From sequence record NC_055733.1: a DNA stretch of 64,000 nt, one strand, 5' to 3'. The position numbers and the translations under genes are program-made. Below are positions 8,881-17,432 of the stretch, piece by piece; position 1 is the stretch's first letter, and the number at the start of each line of letters is the position of its first letter. A model generated the notes under the pieces. That model was not told the DNA's origin. It worked only from the letters and a program-made list of their open reading frames with translations, and searched no databases.

Positions 8881-9222
8881 TCAGCGTCGGTGGCATTTGT
8901 AAACGCTCCGTTTGTTACCGTGCGTGGCCCAGAACGGAACTTCTTGTTCGAGTTTGCAACTGAATTCGCGAGCTGGCTCATACATCAGATGATCTAACAT
9001 CGCGAGAGAATCAGAGATAACAATCCGCATTTTCATTTTCTTATCTTCTTCGGCCGAACGAAGTTCTTCGATTTGATTCAAAACGTCTTCCTCTGTGATT
9101 TCAAGACCAATGAAAGCTTTCTTTAGATCTTCGTTCTCGGTAAGAATGCGGACCAGTTCAGCGCGCATTCCGATTCTTTCACTACCGCCAATAATAGCGA
9201 CCTTAATCGGTTCAGACGACAT
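8881..9222 (-). CDS. Hypothetical protein
   Basis: 113 aa; GAGGAA SD and ATG lie inside the 3' end of 30.3. Confidence 0.7.
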   Translation of the reverse strand: MSSEPIKVAIIGGSERIGMRAELVRILTENEDLKKAFIGLEITEEDVLNQIEELRSAEEDKKMKMRIVISDSLAMLDHLMYEPAREFSCKLEQEVPFWATHGNKRSVYKCHRR

Positions 9223-9635
9223 AAAAATTCCTCTACGGTCAAGATTGTTCTAAAAGAGTCCGTGTTTCCAATGCTATGCATCAGAACGTGGTTTCTTGAG
9301 TCATACAACGCTTGTTTAAAAGCGTCTGATTGCTCACATAGCTCATAAAATGCATTATCCAATAATGCTTGATAAGCGTCAGAATGGCGATTGAATGGAA
9401 CACCCTTCCAATACAGAGTTTGATCGTTGTACCATTTCTTCTTGGCACCACGAAACTTAGCTGACGCACCACACATACTAGCTACTTTTATTTGTTTGTC
9501 AACATCTTTAAACTTGAGGGACTGCAATAGTCCCTCCATTCCGCCACATTTCACGCCGTCAAAGATGAATGAATTACTTGCCAAGTTCGAAAGTACGTTC
9601 GCCGGATATGGCGATGTGATATGAATATCTAACAT
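9123..9635 (-). CDS. 30.3: gp30.3-like NADAR-family protein
   Basis: LSNLA..F.FDGV..GGMEGLLQSLK, TLYWKGVPFNR, LMHS and TILT.EEF match T4 30.3. Confidence 0.88.
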   Translation of the reverse strand: MLDIHITSPYPANVLSNLASNSFIFDGVKCGGMEGLLQSLKFKDVDKQIKVASMCGASAKFRGAKKKWYNDQTLYWKGVPFNRHSDAYQALLDNAFYELCEQSDAFKQALYDSRNHVLMHSIGNTDSFRTILTVEEFLCRLNRLRSLLLAVVKESECALNWSAFLPRTKI

Positions 9636-9802
9636 GTTAGCTCGCTATACAACAGCTTGGTTCGCTCGTTGGCCTGTTTCAAAAGCTTAGACAATGCATC
9701 CATGCTCATTCGTGGCTGAATAACGCCAGAACGTCTCTGGCGTCTTCTGGCGTGACGTTCTACGTCTTTCATTAGTCTAGCCAACTTAGTCGTATCGTTC
9801 AT
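9629..9802 (-). CDS. Small basic hypothetical protein (57 aa)
   Basis: Manual translation MNDTTKLARLMKDVERHARRRQRRSG...; TAATG-type coupling to the upstream frame, overlaps 30.3 start. Confidence 0.65.
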   Translation of the reverse strand: MNDTTKLARLMKDVERHARRRQRRSGVIQPRMSMDALSKLLKQANERTKLLYSELTC

Positions 9803-10354
9803 TACTTGATCTCGATGATTTCCACCGGTTTACGCTCTCGTCCGAGACGTCCGAGTGTCTGTTCCAGGTTGTAGGTACGCCCGGCGGCTACGTCATCTTG
9901 TGCAATGCCGATCAGTTGCACCAACCGCTTTTGCTTCACGCTCGTTGTGTAGCTTGTCTGCTAGTTCTTCGAAACCGATACGCTCCTCACCAACACAGAT
10001 TACCGCTGTGCCTTTGACGACGCCATAATCAACACCGATAGCTGGACTCAGAACCATTTCATAATCCTCGCTTTCAATGTCGCCATCATATTCACAGGTA
10101 TAAACCGGAACATCTGGGTATTTCAAAAGCATTTGAGCGAATTCATGTGTGGTCATTTGCTTCTCAATCGGAGCGATGATTTCATAAACTGTATTACGTG
10201 TGCGGAACCAACCCTGTCCAATCTCTTGAACGGTTGATGTCATGACTTCGGTACCATTGGAAAAACGACCAGCTTTATCAGCGTAGATTTTACCACTTGC
10301 GCGATAACCAACACGCGGAATGGAGTCAATCACAATCTTAGCGTCAAAATTCAT
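9802..10354 (-). CDS. Multi-module hypothetical protein with apparent +1 frameshift near 9925; Phd-like C-terminal helix
   Basis: Track ORF stops at 9893; removing one G gives ...AKALVQLIGIAQDDVAAGRTYNLEQTLGRL...IEIK*, whose stop overlaps the next ATG. Confidence 0.65.
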
Positions 10355-10358
10355 TTCA

Positions 10359-10565
10359 TTACCTCATTAACTTGTGGTACTTCATCAAGTGAGTACCGAA
10401 TGTGTCTTGTATCCCTATGTAACATGTCAGTCCATAGAAGATCATGCCATACCCGAGAAAGAAAACTGTTTCATAATCGAGTTGTTTGTAATAACTGATA
10501 CCTATCATAGCATTTACCAGAGCGAAATCAATAGAAAATGCTAAAATAATTGCCAACGCTTTCAT
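10359..10565 (-). CDS. Small membrane protein
   Basis: 68 aa, two hydrophobic segments. Confidence 0.6.
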   Translation of the reverse strand: MKALAIILAFSIDFALVNAMIGISYYKQLDYETVFFLGYGMIFYGLTCYIGIQDTFGTHLMKYHKLMR

Positions 10566-10576
10566 ATTTTCACCAT

Positions 10577-10611
10577 AAAAATGGGGACAATCTTTCGACT
10601 GTCCCCATTTT
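10577..10611. terminator. Intrinsic terminator-like hairpin
   Basis: AAAAATGGGGACA-loop-TGTCCCCATTTT. Confidence 0.8.
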
Positions 10612-10635
10612 ACTAAACTTGATTTACAAAGTCAA

Positions 10636-11067
10636 TCACTTACCGCGACGAACTTTCTTTTTGGTAACCGGTGATTGAGTTTCTGCACCAGTCGGACGCG
10701 GAGCGTGACGCTTGAACTTGAACTCGGTACGCTGGGTTTCGGCATCAACGATGCGATTTTGCTTGCCAAGTACCAGAGATTCGGTATCTTTCACGTACTT
10801 GTATACGCGCTCGGCTTTGCGTACCAGACGAGTCAGAGCAACGTCCAGACGAGATTCTTGTGCGCCTTTCTTCGGGTTCTTAGGACCAGCATAGCCCCAA
10901 CGAGAAGACTTAGCGGGAACCTTTTTCAGTGCTGCCTTAGCAGCTTCATCTTGCGGGTTAGCGGCAACATGACGCTCGATATCCCGGGTCTTGTTTTTCA
11001 CAAACAGACCAGCGGTTTTGTAGGTTGCGAAGTGACCCTTGCCACGAGAAGATTTTTTACCAGCCAT
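10636..11067 (-). CDS. Highly basic hypothetical protein
   Basis: 143 aa, Lys/Arg-rich, AAGGA SD. Confidence 0.75.
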   Translation of the reverse strand: MAGKKSSRGKGHFATYKTAGLFVKNKTRDIERHVAANPQDEAAKAALKKVPAKSSRWGYAGPKNPKKGAQESRLDVALTRLVRKAERVYKYVKDTESLVLGKQNRIVDAETQRTEFKFKRHAPRPTGAETQSPVTKKKVRRGK

Positions 11068-11227
11068 TTTGAATTTCCTTTTGTATAGATTCGATTAGTT
11101 GTTTAACACCGTCATCACTGAATTCAGTTTCGATGTTTTCGACGTCTAGTGTCCAACTAGCCGTAAGCTTTCTAGGTTTAGCGTTAACAACGACTCGTTC
11201 GACTCTGAATGTCAGTGATTGATCAGT
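11057..11227 (-). other. 56-codon frame without ATG, in frame behind the rIII TGA; gp23/gp24-like peptide
   Basis: TDQSLTFRVERVVVNAKPRKLTASWTLDVENIETEFSDDGVKQLIESIQKEIQNGW*. Confidence 0.5.
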
Positions 11228-11512
11228 TCAGGATTTGAAGTAGTCTTTCAGTTCGGTAGTGATACCGCGAACAACAGTGCTATCCAGTTCTTTAGCGAAA
11301 CGCAGACCGTATCCTTGTTCCATGTCCCATTGGTTGATGTATTCTACCAGTTCAACGGCTTTCTTGTTCTTGGGAAGAGCGGAAGCAACTTCCAGAGCAT
11401 AAGCCAGAACGTCGATAGACGCGCCTTGATTTTCGTGACCGGCATTCCATGCTTGACGTTGAGCAACAACACCACCACGTACCAGAGTTTCAGCAAAAGT
11501 TTTTACAGACAT
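11228..11512 (-). CDS. rIII: rIII lysis-inhibition accessory protein
   Basis: QRQAWNAGHENQGASIDV matches T4 RIII; downstream of 31. Confidence 0.9.
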   Translation of the reverse strand: MSVKTFAETLVRGGVVAQRQAWNAGHENQGASIDVLAYALEVASALPKNKKAVELVEYINQWDMEQGYGLRFAKELDSTVVRGITTELKDYFKS

Positions 11513-11521
11513 TTTATTTCC

Positions 11522-11932
11522 TTAACGATTCAGAAGAGTAAGAGAAGATGTGAACGGTTGCTCACTTTGTTCTACGGGTTTGCCTTGTGGCTTACCATCA
11601 TAGATTGTACGAATGCCTTTGTAATGCATAGTCACGAAAATTCGTGCTTCTGTGCTGTTACGCGGGATAAGCCCGTAGGCCATTCGCGGGTCAGGTACGT
11701 TACTGTAAATCCCACCACCTTGCGGCAGCGCAACGTCCTTTCCAATCAACTCTTTGATACTTTCTGGACAGTTTTCACCAACAGAAACGACAGTTCCATA
11801 CAAAGGAATGTCACCTTGATTTCTAACACCGAGAATCAATCCGGCATCAGATTTCAGTTCCTCACCCTTTCGGGCTGCATTACATTCGAGAACAACTTGT
11901 TCGTCAAATGCTCTAAAACCTAATTCACTCAT
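11522..11932 (-). CDS. 31: Co-chaperonin gp31 (GroES analogue)
   Basis: FRAFDEQVVL, SDAGLILG..QGDIP, VVSVG, NVPDP, HYKGI. Confidence 0.92.
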   Translation of the reverse strand: MSELGFRAFDEQVVLECNAARKGEELKSDAGLILGVRNQGDIPLYGTVVSVGENCPESIKELIGKDVALPQGGGIYSNVPDPRMAYGLIPRNSTEARIFVTMHYKGIRTIYDGKPQGKPVEQSEQPFTSSLTLLNR

Positions 11933-12002
11933 TATTGATCTTCTTTAAATGAGTTTAACATACGTTGTCTCTCAGGACAACTCCCTTTTGTTGTTCGCTT
12001 GT

Positions 12003-12047
12003 CGCGTCAACAAAGTAATAATATCATTGTTGACGCGAGTCGTAAAC
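12003..12047 (-). promoter_or_regulatory. Promoter upstream of 31 with 11-bp inverted repeat around the -10 box
   Basis: Minus strand (G)TTTACG-17-TATTAT with TG extension; CGCGTCAACAA/TTGTTGACGCG arms. Confidence 0.75.
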
Positions 12048-12048
12048 A

Positions 12049-12378
12049 TTAAATTCGAATCAAATCTTCGATTTTCAGAGAACCGATGGAGATCAGTTTC
12101 TTGAGCTGGAAGCTACGCCACTCTTTGGTACCAACTTCATAGAAGCGGCAAGACTCAAAGCTTTCGCGACGCACAACAGACGGTTTAACTTCTTTTTCGA
12201 ACAGCTCTTTGCCGAGTTCGGTAGTGATCAGGCGCTCATTCAAAGAGGCTTGAGCTACACGTATGGAGCCGTCAACTTTTTCGAACACCACTTGATGTTC
12301 ACCCAGACGCAGAATTGCTTCCACGCAACGTTTTACGATTACTTTTTCGTTTTCGGTCAGATCTTCCCACTTTCTCAT
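12049..12378 (-). CDS. 31.1: gp31.1-like protein
   Basis: VVFEKVDGSIR and EWRSFQLKKLIS match T4 31.1. Confidence 0.8.
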   Translation of the reverse strand: MRKWEDLTENEKVIVKRCVEAILRLGEHQVVFEKVDGSIRVAQASLNERLITTELGKELFEKEVKPSVVRRESFESCRFYEVGTKEWRSFQLKKLISIGSLKIEDLIRI

Positions 12379-12650
12379 TTTTTCGGTTCCTTACAGGTTT
12401 TGTCAGTTATATCAGTTTCTTTCATCCAGCCGGACTCGCTAGAGTAGAAGAATGTTTTATTGGTCGGAGCAGGAGCATATCGGGATTGTTCGATATGCAC
12501 AGTTCGGCCTTTGTATGTTGCATTGCAATCAACATCGGTATCAACCACGTTGCTCATGTATTCAGATGCAGCAGGCATAGCCATAAGCACTACAACAACA
12601 CCGAACAGGACTTTCTTTGCACGGTCACTCAGGGTAAAATCAAACTTCAT
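12375..12650 (-). CDS. Hypothetical exported or membrane-anchored protein
   Basis: N-terminal hydrophobic segment, two Cys. Confidence 0.65.
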   Translation of the reverse strand: MKFDFTLSDRAKKVLFGVVVVLMAMPAASEYMSNVVDTDVDCNATYKGRTVHIEQSRYAPAPTNKTFFYSSESGWMKETDITDKTCKEPKK

Positions 12651-13195
12651 TCTATACGTTTCCTTTTAGATAAAACTTTTTCCCAGTTTAACATAGTCAG
12701 GTATTTCTTGTCAATCTTTATGACTTTGATACCGCTACGTGTCAACGTTTCGGCCCAATCCGCGTTTGAGCCGTTATAATCTTCACAATACACAAGCGTT
12801 TTGATTTTAGCTTGTGCAATCGTCTTGGCACACTCTGGACACGGTGCCATAGTGCAATACATGGTAGCGCCTTCGATAGACTTGCCGCCGTGAGCAGCGA
12901 ACAGAATAGCGTTCATTTCTGCATGAATAACGTTGGACTTAGCCCAAGCGGAGTATTCATCCGACTTGTCTTGTCTGAGTCTCAATTCTTTACCCACTCC
13001 AGGAACATCGACGTATTCTGCCCATCCGTTTTCTTCTGCTACTTCGTCACAGTTTGGCTGTCCGGAGATTGTGCCGTTGTAGCCACTACTGATAGGACGA
13101 TCATCTTTAGAGATAATCGCACCAACTCTATAGCTAACACACTTGCTTTCCTGTGCGACAAGAAAGGCATTTTGTAACAGTGTTGTTGTCTTCAT
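12647..13195 (-). CDS. cd: dCMP deaminase
   Basis: SKCVSYRVGA, SGYNGT, HAEMNA and PCPEC zinc motifs. Confidence 0.95.
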   Translation of the reverse strand: MKTTTLLQNAFLVAQESKCVSYRVGAIISKDDRPISSGYNGTISGQPNCDEVAEENGWAEYVDVPGVGKELRLRQDKSDEYSAWAKSNVIHAEMNAILFAAHGGKSIEGATMYCTMAPCPECAKTIAQAKIKTLVYCEDYNGSNADWAETLTRSGIKVIKIDKKYLTMLNWEKVLSKRKRIE

Positions 13196-13566
13196 TTTAC
13201 TGGTTTCGGATCAATAATGATAGAGTCTACCGCAACTTTAATCACGATGTTTTGTTCTTTAAACAAAAGCCTACTAACACGTTGAAACAGTGCGGCATTA
13301 TCGTTGATAATGCTCGGATGTTTTGCTGTGTGCCAGTGAGCATTTCGACATTGATAATCTGACCATGCTTCGCGAGCAATGTCAAGACACACGCCGAGTT
13401 CTTTGGCAACAATTCGATGCTTCAACTCATTCCAGAAACCAGAATTGTAAAGCTTGAGTGTAGGATTACCACCCTTGCCAAATGTGATACCGCCACCAAC
13501 CGGAATCAGTTTTTTATGCTCGGTATCATAAAAAGCATAGTTGCCCTTTAAATCAATCGTTTCCAT
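13192..13566 (-). CDS. Hypothetical protein
   Basis: Start reset to METIDL; tightly packed operon. Confidence 0.65.
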   Translation of the reverse strand: METIDLKGNYAFYDTEHKKLIPVGGGITFGKGGNPTLKLYNSGFWNELKHRIVAKELGVCLDIAREAWSDYQCRNAHWHTAKHPSIINDNAALFQRVSRLLFKEQNIVIKVAVDSIIIDPKPVK

Positions 13567-13823
13567 TAAATGTCCTTTGTTGGGTTTTGAGGCAAATGAC
13601 CTTCGCACCATTCGATTTTATCGCCAACGTACCACACGGTATAAATCATATTTCGAAATGCCATCATCCCGTTATGCATGGGATGAGGAATTCGAATATT
13701 AAATTCATATTCATCTGGTCTATTGCGACGATATCCAAAAGGAATGCCTTTCTGTCCGTACTCAGAAGCAAGGACAGGAATCAGTTTCTCCTCGATTTCA
13801 GTCTCAAACTGTGTAGGAGTCAT
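13566..13823 (-). CDS. Hypothetical protein
   Basis: 85 aa, coupled stop/start. Confidence 0.65.
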   Translation of the reverse strand: MTPTQFETEIEEKLIPVLASEYGQKGIPFGYRRNRPDEYEFNIRIPHPMHNGMMAFRNMIYTVWYVGDKIEWCEGHLPQNPTKDI

Positions 13824-14107
13824 CTTGTTTTCCCAAACGTTAGTTTAGTAACACTTTCGATCATCATGGTATCCAACATTCGCTTGATACGACGAGCGTC
13901 ATCTAGTGCTATTGGTTTATACTTGAGTTTGCCAAACATACTTTTACCGGCAAACTCGCCCTTTTCAATTAGCTCTATCAGCTTAGGTACCAGTATACTA
14001 CCCTGGTAATCTTTTGCAAGCTCTTTCGTCTTAAAAATACAAGCTCGTCCGTCTTGTAGAACAACTGATCTTCTCTGGTTGTCATCAAAATATGTAATCG
14101 CGTACAT
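13820..14107 (-). CDS. Hypothetical protein
   Basis: 95 aa, AAGGAG SD. Confidence 0.7.
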   Translation of the reverse strand: MYAITYFDDNQRRSVVLQDGRACIFKTKELAKDYQGSILVPKLIELIEKGEFAGKSMFGKLKYKPIALDDARRIKRMLDTMMIESVTKLTFGKTR

Positions 14108-14180
14108 AAAAACTCCTTGTTTCTATCTATGCTATCACAGAAATAACACAGAAGAAACAAGGGGATTCCTCCCCTTGCAA

Positions 14181-15098
14181 TTAGAAATTGGATTCTTGAA
14201 CTTCCCAGCACTCAAGACCAATCGAGCGCCACATATCTACCACTTTCTTGCGGTCATCTACAGCATACAGCACGTTGAATTTCGGTGCAATATCACGGAA
14301 GAAGATTTCTTTCTTGATAACGTCATCGGGACGTTGATCTCCTGCTTCACGCTGGAAGTGAAAATCACACGGCATACCGACTTTCTTGTACCACTCTGCG
14401 GTGGCCCCTTTACAACAGCCATCACGACCACTCAAGTTGATGATAGTCACACCACGCGCTTTCAGATCTTTAGCGTGATTGATTACGTTATATTTCGGCA
14501 GATCTTGTCCAACCTTGTCCCATTCGAACGGACCGCGATTGTGCATATGTGCAGTAGTTCCGTCAGTGTCAAACATCACCGCGCTAGGCAGAGAGGTGGA
14601 CGGCTCATACAACTCGGTTTCAACTGCATAATCGGGAACATACGAAGTATGAATTTCAGGATTGAATTGTTCAACAAATTGTTCATGCATCGCTTTCACG
14701 CGCTCGGGATCAAGTTTCCAAGCTCCGCGAGTTTTGTTACGCGCAAGCAGCTCGTCCAGCTCAACATTGAACCACAGTTCACGATATTCGTATCCAACAC
14801 TAGCGGCAAATTCTTGCCACTGTTTACGATACACTGGACTCAAATTGGTATCGGAAATGATTACATTCTTTTTAGCGGCAACAGCAGCATTAACAGCGGC
14901 TTTGTTGATCTCACTAACGAGATTTTCGCGATCATTGTTGAACTTATATTCACCCCAGCCACCAACCGCAAACAGAGACTTCCGAGTGTTATCGCGATTT
15001 ACTTCCACAAGTAGACCACGAGATTTCTTTACTTCACTTTTTGCGTAGGTACTCTTACCAGAAGACGATACGCCAACAGTCAATTCAATATACGGCAT
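14181..15098 (-). CDS. pseT: Polynucleotide 5'-kinase/3'-phosphatase
   Basis: GVSSSGKST P-loop, VNRD, IISDTNL; HAD DTDGT, SGR, DDR. Confidence 0.95.
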   Translation of the reverse strand: MPYIELTVGVSSSGKSTYAKSEVKKSRGLLVEVNRDNTRKSLFAVGGWGEYKFNNDRENLVSEINKAAVNAAVAAKKNVIISDTNLSPVYRKQWQEFAASVGYEYRELWFNVELDELLARNKTRGAWKLDPERVKAMHEQFVEQFNPEIHTSYVPDYAVETELYEPSTSLPSAVMFDTDGTTAHMHNRGPFEWDKVGQDLPKYNVINHAKDLKARGVTIINLSGRDGCCKGATAEWYKKVGMPCDFHFQREAGDQRPDDVIKKEIFFRDIAPKFNVLYAVDDRKKVVDMWRSIGLECWEVQESNF

Positions 15099-15100
15099 TT

Positions 15101-15595
15101 TTAACCCTTATTTACCAGTTCTACCAGATAAGGCACGATTTCATCATGCTTTACGGTTTTGCTATGTTTACCATGCATTCCAAACATCCGATTATACGGG
15201 GTTTGATCGTTCATGTAAACTACCTTTTCATTTTCTTTATAGACAACATAAAACTTGTAGCATCCAACTCGGATATAAAGATTGTTGATGATCACTTCCA
15301 CAGAGTTTTCACCGAATGCGTCTCGAACGTCTTTTGTGATTCGCATCTTATCGGTAATTTCGTCAAACTCTTGTGCACCATCATCGCTAAAGATTCGTTC
15401 ACAGTAATAATCCTTGCCGTCTTGAACTTCTAGTTCAATACAGTGAGAATCATAATACCCATGCTCGTCATCTTCCAACTCTTGTTCGAGTTTGGCAATT
15501 GCTTTTAAAACTGCATCACGCTCGAATTCAATCTCAACATCGGTGATTTCGAATCTAGCTTGATCTTCCTCAAAAGCATTCAGATTGGCTTTCAT
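15101..15595 (-). CDS. Acidic hypothetical protein
   Basis: 164 aa, GGAG SD. Confidence 0.7.
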   Translation of the reverse strand: MKANLNAFEEDQARFEITDVEIEFERDAVLKAIAKLEQELEDDEHGYYDSHCIELEVQDGKDYYCERIFSDDGAQEFDEITDKMRITKDVRDAFGENSVEVIINNLYIRVGCYKFYVVYKENEKVVYMNDQTPYNRMFGMHGKHSKTVKHDEIVPYLVELVNKG

Positions 15596-15676
15596 TCTAC
15601 AGTCTCCTTTTGACTTTTCAAGACAACTCGAAAATTGTCTTGAAAAGTCGGGCAGTTTCCTCTGCCCACACTTATA

Positions 15677-16201
15677 TTATTGCTCGATACAGTCACAATT
15701 CTGTAACTTTCTCATGTTGGCCTTGACTTTAGAAAGGTAAGTCTGACCGTCTTTGCCACGATAGTTAAATCCGGCATTATATGAAGCAATGATCTTGCTC
15801 CAAGCTTTCTTACCATGAACTTCTTGCCAGTATTTCAAGTTCATTTCGGTCATGGAAGCAGATAGCTCCATGTTCTCGATTAGACCCTTTTTGAGATCGC
15901 GAACTTGTTTGGCAGTCATCTTGTAACCAAGCTTCTTTTCCAGTCCCCTAACGGTGTAACGAAGATTATTCTGAAACACCCCGTAGTCACCGGAAACATT
16001 GTTTACGAGATCCTTTCCAGCTTGACTCTCGGTAAGAGCTATGGCAGCAAAAGTCATGCCGTAATCCATATTCTGACCCAACTCATATGCTCGATTAAGA
16101 ACATACAACTGATCAGCATTCAAATCAAGACTAGACGGCGCAGCATTAACGCCAACACTACTAACTGCCAACAGTAGTGCTATACCGATTTTCTTTAACA
16201 T
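15677..16201 (-). CDS. vs.1: Vs.1-like SLT lytic transglycosylase with signal peptide
   Basis: Signal peptide; AIALTES, YGVFQN and IASYNAG match T4 Vs.1. Confidence 0.85.
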   Translation of the reverse strand: MLKKIGIALLLAVSSVGVNAAPSSLDLNADQLYVLNRAYELGQNMDYGMTFAAIALTESQAGKDLVNNVSGDYGVFQNNLRYTVRGLEKKLGYKMTAKQVRDLKKGLIENMELSASMTEMNLKYWQEVHGKKAWSKIIASYNAGFNYRGKDGQTYLSKVKANMRKLQNCDCIEQ

Positions 16202-16283
16202 TTTCTTCCTCTATTTGTTTGGAATAGAAAGATACCTTTTTCTATGCACTTCCTTTGTTGTGGTTGTTGATGATTGCCTAGTG

Positions 16284-16311
16284 ATTATACACGACGAAAT
16301 AGCTATGTCAA
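16284..16311 (-). promoter_or_regulatory. Sigma70-type promoter upstream of vs.1
   Basis: TTGACA-16-TATAAT with TG extension. Confidence 0.7.
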
Positions 16312-16354
16312 ACGGTATAATCGATTTTATCTCATTTGATTATTAAATAATCTA

Positions 16355-16530
16355 CTCCAGAAATCAGATATCGTAAGATTGCGAGCATAGCGAGCTAACT
16401 TATTGATTTCATTGAAGAAGACAAAATAGATTCTCATTAAAGTATTATAAGAGATTTTATTTTGTCTTTTTAGATCATTTAATTAACACTTATAACAAGG
16501 TTTTAACAAACTAGCGGCTACGCCGCAGTC
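16355..16530. repeat. Dispersed structured intergenic element, copy 1
   Basis: Near-identical to 61445..61595; 53-bp identical core at 16417..16469; several hairpins. Confidence 0.9.
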
Positions 16531-16820
16531 TATCGACACTCTTCTTCCTTGAGATCTTTTCGATAATGACAAATGATCTCGTTTTGCTTCTGAACATAGT
16601 TGAACACTTTTTCAAGCCAGATCCGATATCTTACCGAATCATCATAGCTCATTGCTACATAAGGCTTACCGTCGTCAAGAATTACTCTCCACTCCGGTCG
16701 ATAAGTCTCTACTACTTCCGGTCTCGGTGGGTGATAGACAACTGGCTTGATTTCTTGTTGGTGTTTCGCACACCCACCCAACATCAGAGTTAGTCCAATC
16801 AATGCATGTTTCATTTGCAT
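16530..16820 (-). CDS. o-spanin (Rz1-like lipoprotein, PseT.2-like)
   Basis: LMLGGC lipobox, HPPRP, YVAMSY, WL...YV; overlaps i-spanin. Confidence 0.85.
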   Translation of the reverse strand: MQMKHALIGLTLMLGGCAKHQQEIKPVVYHPPRPEVVETYRPEWRVILDDGKPYVAMSYDDSVRYRIWLEKVFNYVQKQNEIICHYRKDLKEEECR

Positions 16821-17197
16821 TTCTTCGCTCCCATGATACAATCGGCGTTATCACTAAATCCCTGATAACTGGTATTGATCTTCTTCTCTACCAGCTTGGG
16901 TTTCTTGGCAACAACGTCACCTCTGCCGATCATCTTCTCAAGTCCAGATACTTTGTTATCAAGCTTCGTATTAAGCTCTCCCATGCGTTTTCCAAGCGTT
17001 TGACTCTGAGTTGATAGCTCCGTAATATTCTCCTGCAACTCTTTCGCCAAACGCTCCTGGCTTTCGATTTGAGTTGATAAACTCGATATCTCTTTTCTCT
17101 GATCCTCTATCGTGCTGCTCATATACCAGAAAGCGCCGCCAAGCAGAGCAATCCCAAGTACACCAGCAGTCCACTTATTCGCTAATAAACCTAACAT
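16811..17197 (-). CDS. i-spanin (Rz-like, PseT.3-like)
   Basis: One N-terminal TM, coiled coil, KKPKLVEKKIN, C-terminal Cys. Confidence 0.85.
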   Translation of the reverse strand: MLGLLANKWTAGVLGIALLGGAFWYMSSTIEDQRKEISSLSTQIESQERLAKELQENITELSTQSQTLGKRMGELNTKLDNKVSGLEKMIGRGDVVAKKPKLVEKKINTSYQGFSDNADCIMGAKKCK

Positions 17198-17432
17198 ACT
17201 TCTCCTTATGTCTCATGATTTTGTGAACAAGCACATTACTATTTACAAACAACTGAACCGTTTCCTTTGTGTGAATTTCGAGCGCACCAGTAATGAAATC
17301 CTTGATAAAGAACTTATTACCCTTCCGACTGATTGCATACAGATTGCGACAATTGACGATGTAATGACGTTCGCCCTTATAGAACCGTGCTATCAGTTGA
17401 CTTGATGCCATAAGCCTTGATTGGGAACACAT
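17175..17432 (-). CDS. Hypothetical protein
   Basis: About 78-85 aa; start uncertain. Confidence 0.55.
   Translation of the reverse strand: MCSQSRLMASSQLIARFYKGERHYIVNCRNLYAISRKGNKFFIKDFITGALEIHTKETVQLFVNSNVLVHKIMRHKEKYVRFISE

Noticed and set aside
11219-11923. 234-aa + strand ORF across rIII and 31
   Set aside because: Antisense to two well-supported genes; no coding signals.
14118-14157. Another IR-flanked promoter upstream of 14107
   Set aside because: Only a 5-bp stem and no credible -35; too weak to count.
14079-15014. 311-aa + strand ORF antisense to pseT
   Set aside because: Shadow ORF; no SD or motifs.
16355-16530. The dispersed repeat as a tRNA, CRISPR array or IS end
   Set aside because: No cloverleaf, T-loop or CCA; only two copies with no spacers; no transposase or target duplication.
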